A DNA stretch of 64,000 nt from the IMG/VR virus record IMGVR_UViG_3300028832_000009; one strand, written 5' to 3'. The translations under genes and the position numbers were made by a program. Numbering within the stretch: position 1 is the stretch's first letter; each line of letters starts with the position of its first letter. The notes under the pieces were generated by a model, which saw nothing but the letters and a program-made list of their open reading frames with translations, was not told the DNA's origin and ran no database searches. The DNA comes from an uncultured virus (IMG/VR IMGVR_UViG_3300028832_000009) (taxonomy: Duplodnaviria; Heunggongvirae; Uroviricota; Caudoviricetes). Positions 25,251-34,329 of the stretch are shown piece after piece.

Positions 25251-25364
25251 GCATCACAATAAATACAACTTTACGCCACATTGCTGACGACTCTTAAAGT
25301 CCCCGGCGCAATATGGCGCAATTTTGTATTTGGTGATGCTTTTACAAATCCGGGGGCTTTTTTT
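25251..25364 (+). ncRNA. candidate structured RNA or attenuator (hairpin plus pseudoknot/terminator)
   Basis: TACATTTG at 25239-25246; long interrupted stem; AAAGTCCCCGG pairs with CCGGGGGCTTT followed by a T run. Confidence 0.6.
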
Positions 25365-25383
25365 ATTCTATGCCCCCGCAATG

Positions 25384-25653
25384 TCAAATGATGACGAAGA
25401 GCTGGATTACCAGGCCGCCGATCACGGTCGCCAGGAAGTCATACCAGTCTGCCTTATCGGTAGTCCACATATCGAAGAACTCCTTAATGAATCCTGCGAA
25501 TATGACGGGGACTATCGCTGCTTTCATCCCGAGGGTAATGCAGAAGAAAGCGCCGATGATGAGACCGGCGATGAAATGCAGCCACTTGTCGAATGGAACC
25601 TTGTAAAGCTGCTTCACAATCCAGTTCCAGATTTTACGAATCCAATTTCCCAT
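25384..25653 (-). CDS. small membrane protein (lysis cassette)
   Basis: DKWLHFIAG...KEFFD...DWYDFLATVIGG; several TM helices. Confidence 0.75.
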   Translation of the reverse strand: MGNWIRKIWNWIVKQLYKVPFDKWLHFIAGLIIGAFFCITLGMKAAIVPVIFAGFIKEFFDMWTTDKADWYDFLATVIGGLVIQLFVII

Positions 25654-25669
25654 AATGATAGATTTATGA

Positions 25670-26194
25670 TTAAAACTTGAACACTACGAATACGATTATG
25701 GCGAGGCTTGCCACGAGGACCCAGAACGCCTTGAGCCGAAATTCCTGCCACCACGTCAGGGGTTTGTCCCTGTACTCGGTGACATAGACCGTCTCCTGTG
25801 CCTTCTCTATATAGGTCGTGTCGTGGACTTCGACCTCCACCGGCACCTCGATAGTCTGGGGAATACTCTCCAGGGAGTGCCACAGGAACCCCTCGCTCAC
25901 CACGGCATCGCTCTTGGCATAGGGATTCTCAAGGTGTGACGAGGTGTCACGGGTTACGTTCTTCTCCACAATGACGGGAATCTCGAAGGTGGCGGTATCA
26001 TGGATGATGCGGTCGCGGTATTCCACGCGGACCGAATCCCTGTAAACTATCTGCGGCTCCGCAGGCTTGCATATCCCGCAGGATGCTATCCCCGGCATCA
26101 TAAGAAGCGTTAGCATGAACAGCCGGGAATCGTAGCCTATCACATTGAAGATTAACGGCCCAGGCTGGACCTTCACTCGTTTCTTTTCTTCCAT
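25670..26194 (-). CDS. putative spanin-like lipoprotein
   Basis: Lipobox-like IASC, RDSV/HDT repeats and a C-terminal TM helix. Confidence 0.65.
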   Translation of the reverse strand: MEEKKRVKVQPGPLIFNVIGYDSRLFMLTLLMMPGIASCGICKPAEPQIVYRDSVRVEYRDRIIHDTATFEIPVIVEKNVTRDTSSHLENPYAKSDAVVSEGFLWHSLESIPQTIEVPVEVEVHDTTYIEKAQETVYVTEYRDKPLTWWQEFRLKAFWVLVASLAIIVFVVFKF

Positions 26195-26208
26195 AATAAC
26201 ACAAATAC

Positions 26209-26373
26209 TTATTTCATATCCCTCTTGATCACCAGCTCCACGCCCTTGACCGTCTCGGGGTCGAGGTCATCGTCGCAGCCGAGCAATCCCATCATCTGAT
26301 ACACATAGTCCTCGCAGGACCGCGGAAGCCCCAGGTCGGACAATATCTTGCTTACGGCATCTTCTCTTGTCAT
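26209..26373 (-). CDS. hypothetical protein (54 aa, not in the ORF track)
   Basis: ATGA-coupled to the endolysin; MTREDAVSKILSDLGL...KRDMK*. Confidence 0.6.
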   Translation of the reverse strand: MTREDAVSKILSDLGLPRSCEDYVYQMMGLLGCDDDLDPETVKGVELVIKRDMK

Positions 26374-26840
26374 ATGATTTCAAGGATTACGTCATCGCCG
26401 CGATTCCAGGCCGGAATCCAATAATTGTTAAGGATATGGTAATACCACTTGGTAGCATTGATTACCTGCCCCTTGACCTTGTTCTCGCCGAAACTGATGC
26501 AGCCGAGGGATTCTTCCGGTCTGTTGAACGGATGCACCCGGACACCCGAGAACCCCTTCACGCCCAGAAGCTCGGGCACCCTGCCATCGTACTTCTTCGC
26601 CCAGGGCCTGTTCTTGAACTTCTCGGATACGGTGAACACGACCTTGTAAGTACCTTTCGGGATGGCGGTCTGTCCATATACCTTGTGTTCCAGGATGTAA
26701 GCGAGGTCGTCGGACTGCTTCAGCCCCCGGTCTTTATCCTCAAGGCTGTTGCACACTATGCGCCCCCGGAGGTAGAACCTGCCCACCGTGTAGGAGTCCT
26801 TTTTCCAGAGGCGCTCCAATATGCTCAGTTCCTTTCCCAT
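26370..26840 (-). CDS. putative endolysin (DUF5675-like)
   Basis: YTVGRFY...CNSLEDKDR...TAIPKGTYKV...VKGFSGVRVHP.N...SLGCI. Confidence 0.85.
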   Translation of the reverse strand: MGKELSILERLWKKDSYTVGRFYLRGRIVCNSLEDKDRGLKQSDDLAYILEHKVYGQTAIPKGTYKVVFTVSEKFKNRPWAKKYDGRVPELLGVKGFSGVRVHPFNRPEESLGCISFGENKVKGQVINATKWYYHILNNYWIPAWNRGDDVILEII

Positions 26841-26841
26841 G

Positions 26842-27210
26842 TCAGTCGTCCTTCTTGGTGAACTGGCCCTTGGAGTTGCGGATATGCTCCGTAGCGCTCA
26901 TGCCAAGGGCCTTCGTGATTTCGATGATCTGCTTTTGCAGCTTGGCGATCTCCTTCTGATGCTCGTCGCGCAGACGGACTCGTTCTTCCCGGAGTTCTCT
27001 CACCTCCAGTTCCAGTTCCTTAATCCGTTTGTTCTGCTGGTCGATAAGCGGCTGATAGACGGAGTCAACAATCTCTTTGATGTTGTCTATCTCCATGGCG
27101 TTAACTTCTTGTTTCCCCTTTTTCCTGTTGATGCCCCAGTTAGCCAACTGGGTGACGAGTCCACCACCCAGGGCACCGAGGATTGCATCGAGATGTTCTA
27201 CGAAAGCCAT
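26842..27210 (-). CDS. putative holin
   Basis: N-terminal TM (AILGALGGGLVTQL) plus coiled coil, upstream of the endolysin. Confidence 0.65.
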   Translation of the reverse strand: MAFVEHLDAILGALGGGLVTQLANWGINRKKGKQEVNAMEIDNIKEIVDSVYQPLIDQQNKRIKELELEVRELREERVRLRDEHQKEIAKLQKQIIEITKALGMSATEHIRNSKGQFTKKDD

Positions 27211-27212
27211 AC

Positions 27213-27371
27213 TTAATCCTCCGCTATTGCCTTAAAGTCGTTGATACTGTCCCGGGTTACCACCGCTTCCGATACGACCCGGTTGAGTCGTATCGAAAAC
27301 AGCGAATATCCCTGGTTTGCCCGGAGCAAGACATAGTCGTTGCCAAAGGGCGTGATAGTGATATTGTCCAT
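27213..27371 (-). CDS. hypothetical protein (52 aa, not in the ORF track)
   Basis: MDNITITPFGNDYVLL...KAIAED*; fills the gap after the fibre gene. Confidence 0.6.
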   Translation of the reverse strand: MDNITITPFGNDYVLLRANQGYSLFSIRLNRVVSEAVVTRDSINDFKAIAED

Positions 27372-27375
27372 ATGC

Positions 27376-29616
27376 CTAATCGGTTTGTTCCTCCGTGTCA
27401 GTTATGCTTATCGAGTAGTCATACTCCATCGTTTCGGCATCGTAGGTTGCCTCGATGGAAATGGTCTTGCCCATTGCCGCTCCCAGCTTGGTAGCCAGCT
27501 CGGTGCAGAAGTTGTCGAAAGAGTCCTTGGAGACATAGTTCTGAGGGAGCCTGCGGATGGTATCCACCGCGTTCATCGCATACTGCACATCGTAGTAGAT
27601 GGGAGCCTGCACCTCGCTTGCGGTGTCTGCGGGGAGTCTTTCCTCCGTGCCGAAGTCATCGACACGATAGCCCATGTAGATAGGCTCGTCGAGGGTATAT
27701 TCAACAGGAGTAGCGAGTTCATAGAGGAGTTCTACGCCATCCATCGCGGCCTCAAAAGTGTCGGCATCAGAGTAACCTTCATCACAGGCAAAGATGTAAT
27801 CTGAGCCATTCGCAGCAGCAACACCAGTTACACCAGAATAAGTGTTACTTGGAGTGACGGGCGAATACTTGGTACACAAGAGGTTAGCGACGGTACTTGA
27901 ACTGGCTGACTGCTTCATGTTATCCACAGTCGTACGGAAACACCAATGCTCATCTGCGGTACTCGCTTTAGTCCATTCGCAGTCGCCCATATCCACACTG
28001 CCAATCCTCTTGATTGCCCTTCTTGCATAGCCATCGGCATCTACAATCAGGGAGTCGTGGGCAGTTCCGGCACGCCTCATTCCTTCGGGGAAGATGGTTT
28101 CACTCTCGCCCTCTCCACCAACCTTTCCGGTGATGGTCTTGGTGTTCAGGACAAGTTCGCTTTCCCAGTAAGGCTCATAAGTGCCATTCTTGTAACCACT
28201 CCAGGAGAGATTGATGCAGATATTGTTTTGGTAGGAAGTACCCTCGGTTGCGAAACGCAGGTACACTGCGCCCTCCGGAGGTGTGAAGGTTGCATTGTTA
28301 ATGCTATTGCCATAGCCGATGTAGTTCTTGCCAGCATCGTAGTAGCGAGGGTAGATTTTGCCGGAGGCATAGTAGGTCTGTCCAGGAACGATGCGAATGT
28401 AGTTCTTGCTGCGGATGTAACTGTCACTTGGCGAGTTCTCGCCAGTGTCGGAGGAAATCGTACCACTTTCCGCTACCTCGTCCCATTGGTTGAAGCCAAC
28501 GGTCTTGATTTTGGCGGCCCCGTTGTTCACGATAACACCAGATGTGTAGGCGTAATAGAGCAGAGGATAGAGAGCCTTGAACTCCTCAACGGTAGAAGGT
28601 TCCTTGCCCTCACCGAACATCTGGGTGAGGTCGAAGCACATTACATTCTTTACGGAAAACTCTACATCTGAGTCAGGATTTCCTGTATTGTCACCGCGAA
28701 GAACCAAAACGGTAGTTGTACCAGTTTTTGTCCAAATCAAACTAACCAAAGTCCAATCATTAAAAACAGCACGACCAGAACCGCCATCAGCTGAAACTCC
28801 TGTAGGAATAAGATTGAAATAGGTTTTATCGTTATCACTCTTAGCTGCAGCCAAGAATAAATACTTGTGCCCTGCTATATACTGTATTTGATTTGCAGCA
28901 GCTAAAGTCACGTTAAGGGACTGTGCGGTTCCTGTTGCGGTTAATTTCACAGAAATAACTCCATTGGCAACAGTTTTAGTTGCACCACTCGTGACTATCC
29001 ACCCCTCAGCATTGTTAGCAAATGTTCCATTCTTTATGAGCTGGTTCCACACGATACTGTTACCCTTCATTTCCTTAATCTGGGCAACGCCAGTACCGAG
29101 GTCGGCATCACCACCCGAAGTACGGAAGGTGTACTCTGCCGGAACGCTGCCGTGGCCCACAAGGTTCTCCGCTGCACCAGAAACGAGACTGGCGTAGTAG
29201 CCGTCGATATTGGCCTTCTCGGCTGCGATATCGTCCACATATTTCTTCACCACCTTGTTCTGGATGGCGTTGGTGGAGTCATCCGACATTACGGAGTCGG
29301 GGGTAGTGCCGGCAGTGGGCGTAACCCAGTCGGGGTCGCCGTTGGCATCCAGCTGGAGTACCTGCCCCGGCTCTCCGGTGCTTTCAGGGGTGTCCACCTT
29401 CGCGTCCACCAGAGTCTTGAGGACCTTGCCCTGGTTTGCGGACAGGGCCTTGGTCTTGCTGTTCGAGATAAGAGAGTCAACCACTTCCGGGCCCTCGGCG
29501 TCCTCGATCAGCTCGAGGAGGTCATCTACCAACGGGGGCATCTCCTGGGAGAACTCCCTGTTAGCCCCGCGGAAGTTATGGGCTCGTTTGCGAACTTGAT
29601 CCTTTGTTGTTGCCAT
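27376..29616 (-). CDS. tail fibre / receptor-binding protein
   Basis: ALSANQGKVLK repeat, KGNSIVWNQL, FDLTQMFG, YELATP; beta-rich, in the structural block. Confidence 0.8.
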   Translation of the reverse strand: MATTKDQVRKRAHNFRGANREFSQEMPPLVDDLLELIEDAEGPEVVDSLISNSKTKALSANQGKVLKTLVDAKVDTPESTGEPGQVLQLDANGDPDWVTPTAGTTPDSVMSDDSTNAIQNKVVKKYVDDIAAEKANIDGYYASLVSGAAENLVGHGSVPAEYTFRTSGGDADLGTGVAQIKEMKGNSIVWNQLIKNGTFANNAEGWIVTSGATKTVANGVISVKLTATGTAQSLNVTLAAANQIQYIAGHKYLFLAAAKSDNDKTYFNLIPTGVSADGGSGRAVFNDWTLVSLIWTKTGTTTVLVLRGDNTGNPDSDVEFSVKNVMCFDLTQMFGEGKEPSTVEEFKALYPLLYYAYTSGVIVNNGAAKIKTVGFNQWDEVAESGTISSDTGENSPSDSYIRSKNYIRIVPGQTYYASGKIYPRYYDAGKNYIGYGNSINNATFTPPEGAVYLRFATEGTSYQNNICINLSWSGYKNGTYEPYWESELVLNTKTITGKVGGEGESETIFPEGMRRAGTAHDSLIVDADGYARRAIKRIGSVDMGDCEWTKASTADEHWCFRTTVDNMKQSASSSTVANLLCTKYSPVTPSNTYSGVTGVAAANGSDYIFACDEGYSDADTFEAAMDGVELLYELATPVEYTLDEPIYMGYRVDDFGTEERLPADTASEVQAPIYYDVQYAMNAVDTIRRLPQNYVSKDSFDNFCTELATKLGAAMGKTISIEATYDAETMEYDYSISITDTEEQTD

Positions 29617-29629
29617 GATATTGTCTGTT

Positions 29630-30478
29630 TTAATAGTTCCACTTCCAGCCGCTGAGGGTGAGGAGGGCCTCTCCGCTGTCGGCAATTATTTCTTCCCTCT
29701 TCCCGCCGGGGATGGTCAGGTGCACCCTGTATCCCTGCTGGAAGAGCTGACGGGCCTCACCCGGGGTGTCGTGCTCGTCATCTGATATGAATACCTTTTC
29801 GTCGGTCGTGATGTCTATCAACACGACCCCAGGCACTACGCGCGGGGCGAAAAGGGTTCTGATGTATTCTTCCCTGCTTGCTTTCTCGGCCGCGAAGGCA
29901 ATGGCCCTGTCGGTCTGCTCCTGCGAGAACGCAGCTGCCCTCTGCTCCTGCGATTCGGCGAACGCCAGATTGCGGGAAGCCTCGCCCCGCTGCCTTGCCT
30001 CCTCGTTCGACTCCCTCGTTCCTTCCGCAAGCACGCGCCCTTCCTCTGCCGATACCCTGCCGTTCTCCGATTCGGTCATCACGCGGGAGAGGTTCACCAG
30101 CTCCGAGTACACGCCCAGCACCGACATCTCCATCCTCGTGCAACCGGTGCAGTCGTATTCGAGACCGGACGGATCTGCGGTCTGGGAGACCGAGCCGATT
30201 ATGTAGAAATTCCGCTTGAAGAAGATGATGTCGGAGGGCTTGGGAATGACATCCCCGGACGAGAGCATAATCTTGAACGAATACGGATATTCATCCGAAG
30301 TGCAGGTTATGACTTCCTCGTACCACACCGTCACGTCGGGAATGAGCCCCTCGGTCTCAAGACCTATCGGAGCCTCCACGAAGAGGGTGTTGCAGATAAG
30401 GTCCCACACCGAGCGGTATAGGCCGGGAGGATAAGGGAATCCCGGATTGAATCCGATGCTTGTTTCGACGGCCTTCAT
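29630..30478 (-). CDS. putative tail/structural protein
   Basis: E.GRV.AE repeats like fibre-base proteins. Confidence 0.65.
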   Translation of the reverse strand: MKAVETSIGFNPGFPYPPGLYRSVWDLICNTLFVEAPIGLETEGLIPDVTVWYEEVITCTSDEYPYSFKIMLSSGDVIPKPSDIIFFKRNFYIIGSVSQTADPSGLEYDCTGCTRMEMSVLGVYSELVNLSRVMTESENGRVSAEEGRVLAEGTRESNEEARQRGEASRNLAFAESQEQRAAAFSQEQTDRAIAFAAEKASREEYIRTLFAPRVVPGVVLIDITTDEKVFISDDEHDTPGEARQLFQQGYRVHLTIPGGKREEIIADSGEALLTLSGWKWNY

Positions 30479-30484
30479 TGCGTG

Positions 30485-31150
30485 CTATATCAAAAGGTTG
30501 TTGGCATTCTGCTGGCAGACTGCCGCATGGTTTACATCCCCCCTCGCACCGAACGCCTTGGCAGCGACTATCCACTCCAGGGCGGGTATGAGTATCTCGG
30601 GGACGATATCTTCTATGGTCACCAAACCCGTGATTTCCGCAGGCTTGGCGATGTATGACGCGACCACATCGCTTGCCGTGGTCGTGGAGCCGGAAGGGAG
30701 CGAATAGCAGTCTATCTCCCGGCACTGCGCTCCGTTCCAGGTCCCGTGGGACAGCACCCCCACCGGCTTTGCCTCCTTGCCCATGAGGAAAGGATTGTGC
30801 TGGCGCTTGCCTTCAGGGGTCTGTTCGGGGAACACCTCGGTCACGGGGCGCTTGAAGTCAGGGCAGGATATCTCGGCCACCCGGAGAAAGTCATCGCCGA
30901 GTTTCAGGCGAAGGACCTTCCTTGCTCCGACGGTCTCGAAACCGATTGCGGAGACGGCGAACGCGGTCTGCGGGAGACGCCAGTACTGGGCGGTGGAGAA
31001 CAACTCCAGAGCCCCGTCATCCAACAATCCCCCCACGAGTTCGTACAAGGGGTTTCCGTCGGCTCCGTCCACGGCGACACTAAGCCCGGCGTCGGGCGTG
31101 ATTTCGTCCATCCGGAGCACTACGGCCTGTATGAGTTTTGCCCTGTTCAT
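30485..31150 (-). CDS. putative head-tail adaptor
   Basis: Position after the capsid genes; DFLRV motif; about 220 aa. Confidence 0.55.
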   Translation of the reverse strand: MNRAKLIQAVVLRMDEITPDAGLSVAVDGADGNPLYELVGGLLDDGALELFSTAQYWRLPQTAFAVSAIGFETVGARKVLRLKLGDDFLRVAEISCPDFKRPVTEVFPEQTPEGKRQHNPFLMGKEAKPVGVLSHGTWNGAQCREIDCYSLPSGSTTTASDVVASYIAKPAEITGLVTIEDIVPEILIPALEWIVAAKAFGARGDVNHAAVCQQNANNLLI

Positions 31151-31597
31151 TTACTTTGATTTCTGGATCTGATAGTCAAGTCCGACCTTGAGCGCTGCGG
31201 CCTTGGCTGCAGGATAGTTCCATTCATCCTTGACCTCCACGCCCTTCTCCCTGAGCGCATCCTTCATCTCTATGAGGTTGCGGAAACGGCGGGAGTCCAC
31301 GATGTCTGCGGGGGGAGTCTCCACGGGAGCTTGCTTGGCAGGAGCCTTTGCCGGCTCGGCTGCGGGAGCCTCCGGCTTCACCTCCTTCTCCACGGTGGAT
31401 TCGAGATAGAAGTCCCTGTTGAACCCCCGGGATTTCTCCAGGGCCTCCTGCACTTTCTTGTCGGAGGTGGTGAACTTGGCGGTAGCGCCCAGCTGGACCC
31501 CTCCGCGGAAGATGGCTTCTATGCTGCGACCTGCAGCATCCTGCGTCCTGATGCAGAGCCCTTTAAGGGTGTATGTCCTGTATGTTTTCTTTGACAT
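31151..31597 (-). CDS. hypothetical structural protein
   Basis: Immediately downstream of the capsid gene. Confidence 0.65.
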   Translation of the reverse strand: MSKKTYRTYTLKGLCIRTQDAAGRSIEAIFRGGVQLGATAKFTTSDKKVQEALEKSRGFNRDFYLESTVEKEVKPEAPAAEPAKAPAKQAPVETPPADIVDSRRFRNLIEMKDALREKGVEVKDEWNYPAAKAAALKVGLDYQIQKSK

Positions 31598-31611
31598 ATT
31601 CTTCGGTTTTT

Positions 31612-31651
31612 AAGAAAGAAAGGCGGCGGTCCTGTGCGCCACCGCCTTTCT
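31612..31651 (-). terminator. intrinsic terminator after the major capsid gene
   Basis: Minus strand GAAAGGCGGTGGC...GACCGCCGCCTTTCTTTCTT. Confidence 0.75.
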
Positions 31652-31671
31652 CGTTTATAGTGTTAATGGCA

Positions 31672-33093
31672 TTAAGCCGGGACGATCCTGCGATGGCAGG
31701 GCAGATTCTCCAGGAAGAGACTGTAGGTCTCGTGGATACGCACTGCGTTGTCAACGCGGCGCTGGCCGGTCTTGTCCAGTTCGAGGTTGGTGGTCTGGAG
31801 AGGCTCCATGATGTACTTGAGTACGAAGTTGGGGTCTATGACCATACCGCACTTGCTGAAGTAGCCATTGAACAGGCTGCCCATAGGCTTGACGAGCAGC
31901 TCCCCGAAAGGAGTCTCGATCTTGTAAACGCGGAGACCGAGGACGAGCTCGGTGTTCTTTGCCTCCAGCTGCTTCTGGTAGGACTTGGCGTTGGCGATCT
32001 GTGCGAGGAGGTCGTTGCCGGCGAACAGGAACCTGCGGTCGGCGCCGTTGTTACCCTCGAAGATGTCCTTGCCGATGGCGTTCCAGTCCTGGTCGGACAT
32101 GGCTGCGGAGAAGTCCACCGAGGACTGCTGGTCCATCTGCCACCAAAGACCGGTGGAGTGGTGGACGGGCTCGCTCTTGGCGTTCTTGGAGATGCCGCCG
32201 ATGCCGAAGAGGTTGGTGAACTCCATGCCGCGCTTGAAGTCCCAGAGGGTCTGCTCCTTATACACGGAGAAGTCCATTGCGACCTTCTTCTTCAGGAGGC
32301 CGTGGATGACGGACTCTTCCACCTGTGTCATGTGAGTCTGGTTGTAGTAGTGGCGGGACGAAGGCTGGATGGCGTAGCCCTCCACGGATGCCTCAAGCTC
32401 GCTGACTGCAGGGGAGAGACGGGCGAGGATGTAGTCCTCGGAGATGGCGGGAAGGGCGGCAGTGTAGTCCGCACCTACGCGCTGGACGGTGAGAGTATCA
32501 CCGCTGATGCTCTTGATGATGCAGGCGACGGGATTGCTGCTGCCGTCGAGCATAGGGCCCGCGTCGTTGCCGCTGCCGTCGATCGCGTGGACGACGAACA
32601 CGTCGGTGGGCTTCCACATATCAGGGTTGTCAACCTTGATGGCGGTTGCGGATGCGAGCGCGTCTGCCTTCACGGTATCGCGGGTCTCGCGGGTACCGAT
32701 CTCCCAACCGCCGGCCTCCCAGCTCTCGCTCTTCTGGTTGTTGGCGATGGAGCGGGTGAAAGTGTCTATAGGTGTATCCTGCGGGCGGATGTAAACGAGT
32801 TTCTTGTTCAGGTCATCATCCAGGTATCCGTTCCCTTGGATGCCGTTGCCATCGACTACGCCGCTGACTACGGTAGTGCCGGTAGGCTCGCCTGTCTGTG
32901 TTTCAGTCACCTCGGCGCTACCCGCTCCGACAACTGCGATAGAGAATCCACCGATTCCACCGATGGAGAAGAAGTTGATGAGAGCATCTACCAATGGCAC
33001 GCTCTCTACGCTAACGCCTGCGACGTTAAGCACGGATGCCACTGCCACTACGCAGAACAGCACCGACATGATTGAATGGATAAACTTTTTCAT
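31672..33093 (-). CDS. major capsid protein with an N-terminal hydrophobic leader
   Basis: Follows an acidic scaffold and precedes a terminator; TPID, NQTHM.QVE, DFKRGME...LFG, TGL and ETPFGEL fit an HK97-fold capsid. Confidence 0.8.
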   Translation of the reverse strand: MKKFIHSIMSVLFCVVAVASVLNVAGVSVESVPLVDALINFFSIGGIGGFSIAVVGAGSAEVTETQTGEPTGTTVVSGVVDGNGIQGNGYLDDDLNKKLVYIRPQDTPIDTFTRSIANNQKSESWEAGGWEIGTRETRDTVKADALASATAIKVDNPDMWKPTDVFVVHAIDGSGNDAGPMLDGSSNPVACIIKSISGDTLTVQRVGADYTAALPAISEDYILARLSPAVSELEASVEGYAIQPSSRHYYNQTHMTQVEESVIHGLLKKKVAMDFSVYKEQTLWDFKRGMEFTNLFGIGGISKNAKSEPVHHSTGLWWQMDQQSSVDFSAAMSDQDWNAIGKDIFEGNNGADRRFLFAGNDLLAQIANAKSYQKQLEAKNTELVLGLRVYKIETPFGELLVKPMGSLFNGYFSKCGMVIDPNFVLKYIMEPLQTTNLELDKTGQRRVDNAVRIHETYSLFLENLPCHRRIVPA

Positions 33094-33113
33094 ACTGCTT
33101 GTTGAATGTAGAT

Positions 33114-33881
33114 TTAGAATTTTCTTTTAGGTAGGTCGTCAAAGATGGTCTTGGGAGCCGGCTCCTTGTCGCGGGCGGGCGAACTGCCACCCTTGGGAGT
33201 GGGGATGCCGTCACCGGCGGCGCTGTCCGCGGCCTTCACGCGCTTCGCCTCGATGGCCTGGTTCTTCCCCTCTATCTCGCCGGTAGCCGCTGCAGCCGCC
33301 ACGTCCTTGTCGTAGTTCATGGCCTTATACAGCTTGTCCAGCATCTCGGGGGAGAGCTTGAGCATCGAGAGGTCGTTGTAGAAGTCGTTGATATAATCGA
33401 GGAATCCCTTCTTCTGCTCGGGAGTCATGCCGTTCTTCTCCGCGAAGGCGTCGATGTTGTCGTACGCGCTCTGGGAGTTGTTCCGCCTTTCGGCAGCGCG
33501 GGCACGGAACTCCTGCCCTGCCTTCTTCCTGTCCTCGACGGACTTCTGGTAATACTCGTAATCTTCGTCACCTTCCTTGGCGACGAGGGACTCGGGGTCG
33601 TAGTACTTCGCGACCGCAGCACGGAACGGGGTGCCGTTGACAATCATCTCGGAGACCACGGCGGCAAGGTCCTTGTCGGAATCAAGCAGATCCTGGACGA
33701 CCTTGTCGTTCTTCTCGAAGTTCCCTATCTTGTCGGCGTCCTCGGCGAAGGCCCTCTCCGCCAGGTCGTCCCATTCCTCGTCCGACTGGGGAGCGCTGTC
33801 CGGGTAGCGGGCTTTCAGTCTCTCCCTGTACTTCGGCGTTGCCGGAGCGGGGGGAATAATCTTTTCTTTTTCTTCGGCCAT
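33114..33881 (-). CDS. putative capsid scaffolding protein
   Basis: Acidic and helical; directly upstream of the capsid gene. Confidence 0.7.
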   Translation of the reverse strand: MAEEKEKIIPPAPATPKYRERLKARYPDSAPQSDEEWDDLAERAFAEDADKIGNFEKNDKVVQDLLDSDKDLAAVVSEMIVNGTPFRAAVAKYYDPESLVAKEGDEDYEYYQKSVEDRKKAGQEFRARAAERRNNSQSAYDNIDAFAEKNGMTPEQKKGFLDYINDFYNDLSMLKLSPEMLDKLYKAMNYDKDVAAAAATGEIEGKNQAIEAKRVKAADSAAGDGIPTPKGGSSPARDKEPAPKTIFDDLPKRKF

Positions 33882-33933
33882 AGCAAAAAAAACTTTTTGT
33901 TTGCGTAAAAATACTGCATTAAAGCCAAATAAC

Positions 33934-33951
33934 TTTCACAAAATGTGAAAA
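33934..33951. promoter_or_regulatory. palindromic operator TTTCACA-AAA-TGTGAAA, copy 1
   Basis: In a divergent gap; TACATTTG at 33969-33976; identical 17-mer at 56599. Confidence 0.7.
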
Positions 33952-33996
33952 TCTGAACTTTTTTTTCGTACATTTGCATAAGACGTTATATGTCCT

Positions 33997-34329
33997 ATGG
34001 AGAAAAACGCCAGAGATACTGAAAGGAACGGTGAGATAACCACCTTCTTCTACCTGATATTCGGGAACAGGTTGCGGCAGGGCTTGTCCCAGGCCGACGC
34101 ACGCAGCGAGGCTTGCGAAGCAGTCACCCTCAGATACGGAATCAGCCGGGGGCGGATGCTGAACATCCTCTCGGAATATAAGGGTTCACGGCAGGTGAAC
34201 CTGCCCGAATTGCAGAAGAAAGCGCTGGACCTCCTTGACGAGCTCCGTATCGCCAACGAGGAAATCGAGGCCATGAAGGGACGCAACGAGAAACTGATTT
34301 CATATCTTGAGGAGTGTGTGCAGCAATGA
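33997..34329 (+). CDS. hypothetical protein (possible regulator or small terminase subunit)
   Basis: ATGA-coupled to TerL; HTH-like segment plus coiled coil. Confidence 0.65.
   Translation: MEKNARDTERNGEITTFFYLIFGNRLRQGLSQADARSEACEAVTLRYGISRGRMLNILSEYKGSRQVNLPELQKKALDLLDELRIANEEIEAMKGRNEKLISYLEECVQQ

Noticed and set aside
27376..29616. Diversity-generating retroelement or invertible shufflon acting on the tail fibre
   Set aside because: I saw no reverse transcriptase, no template/variable repeat pair and no second recombinase
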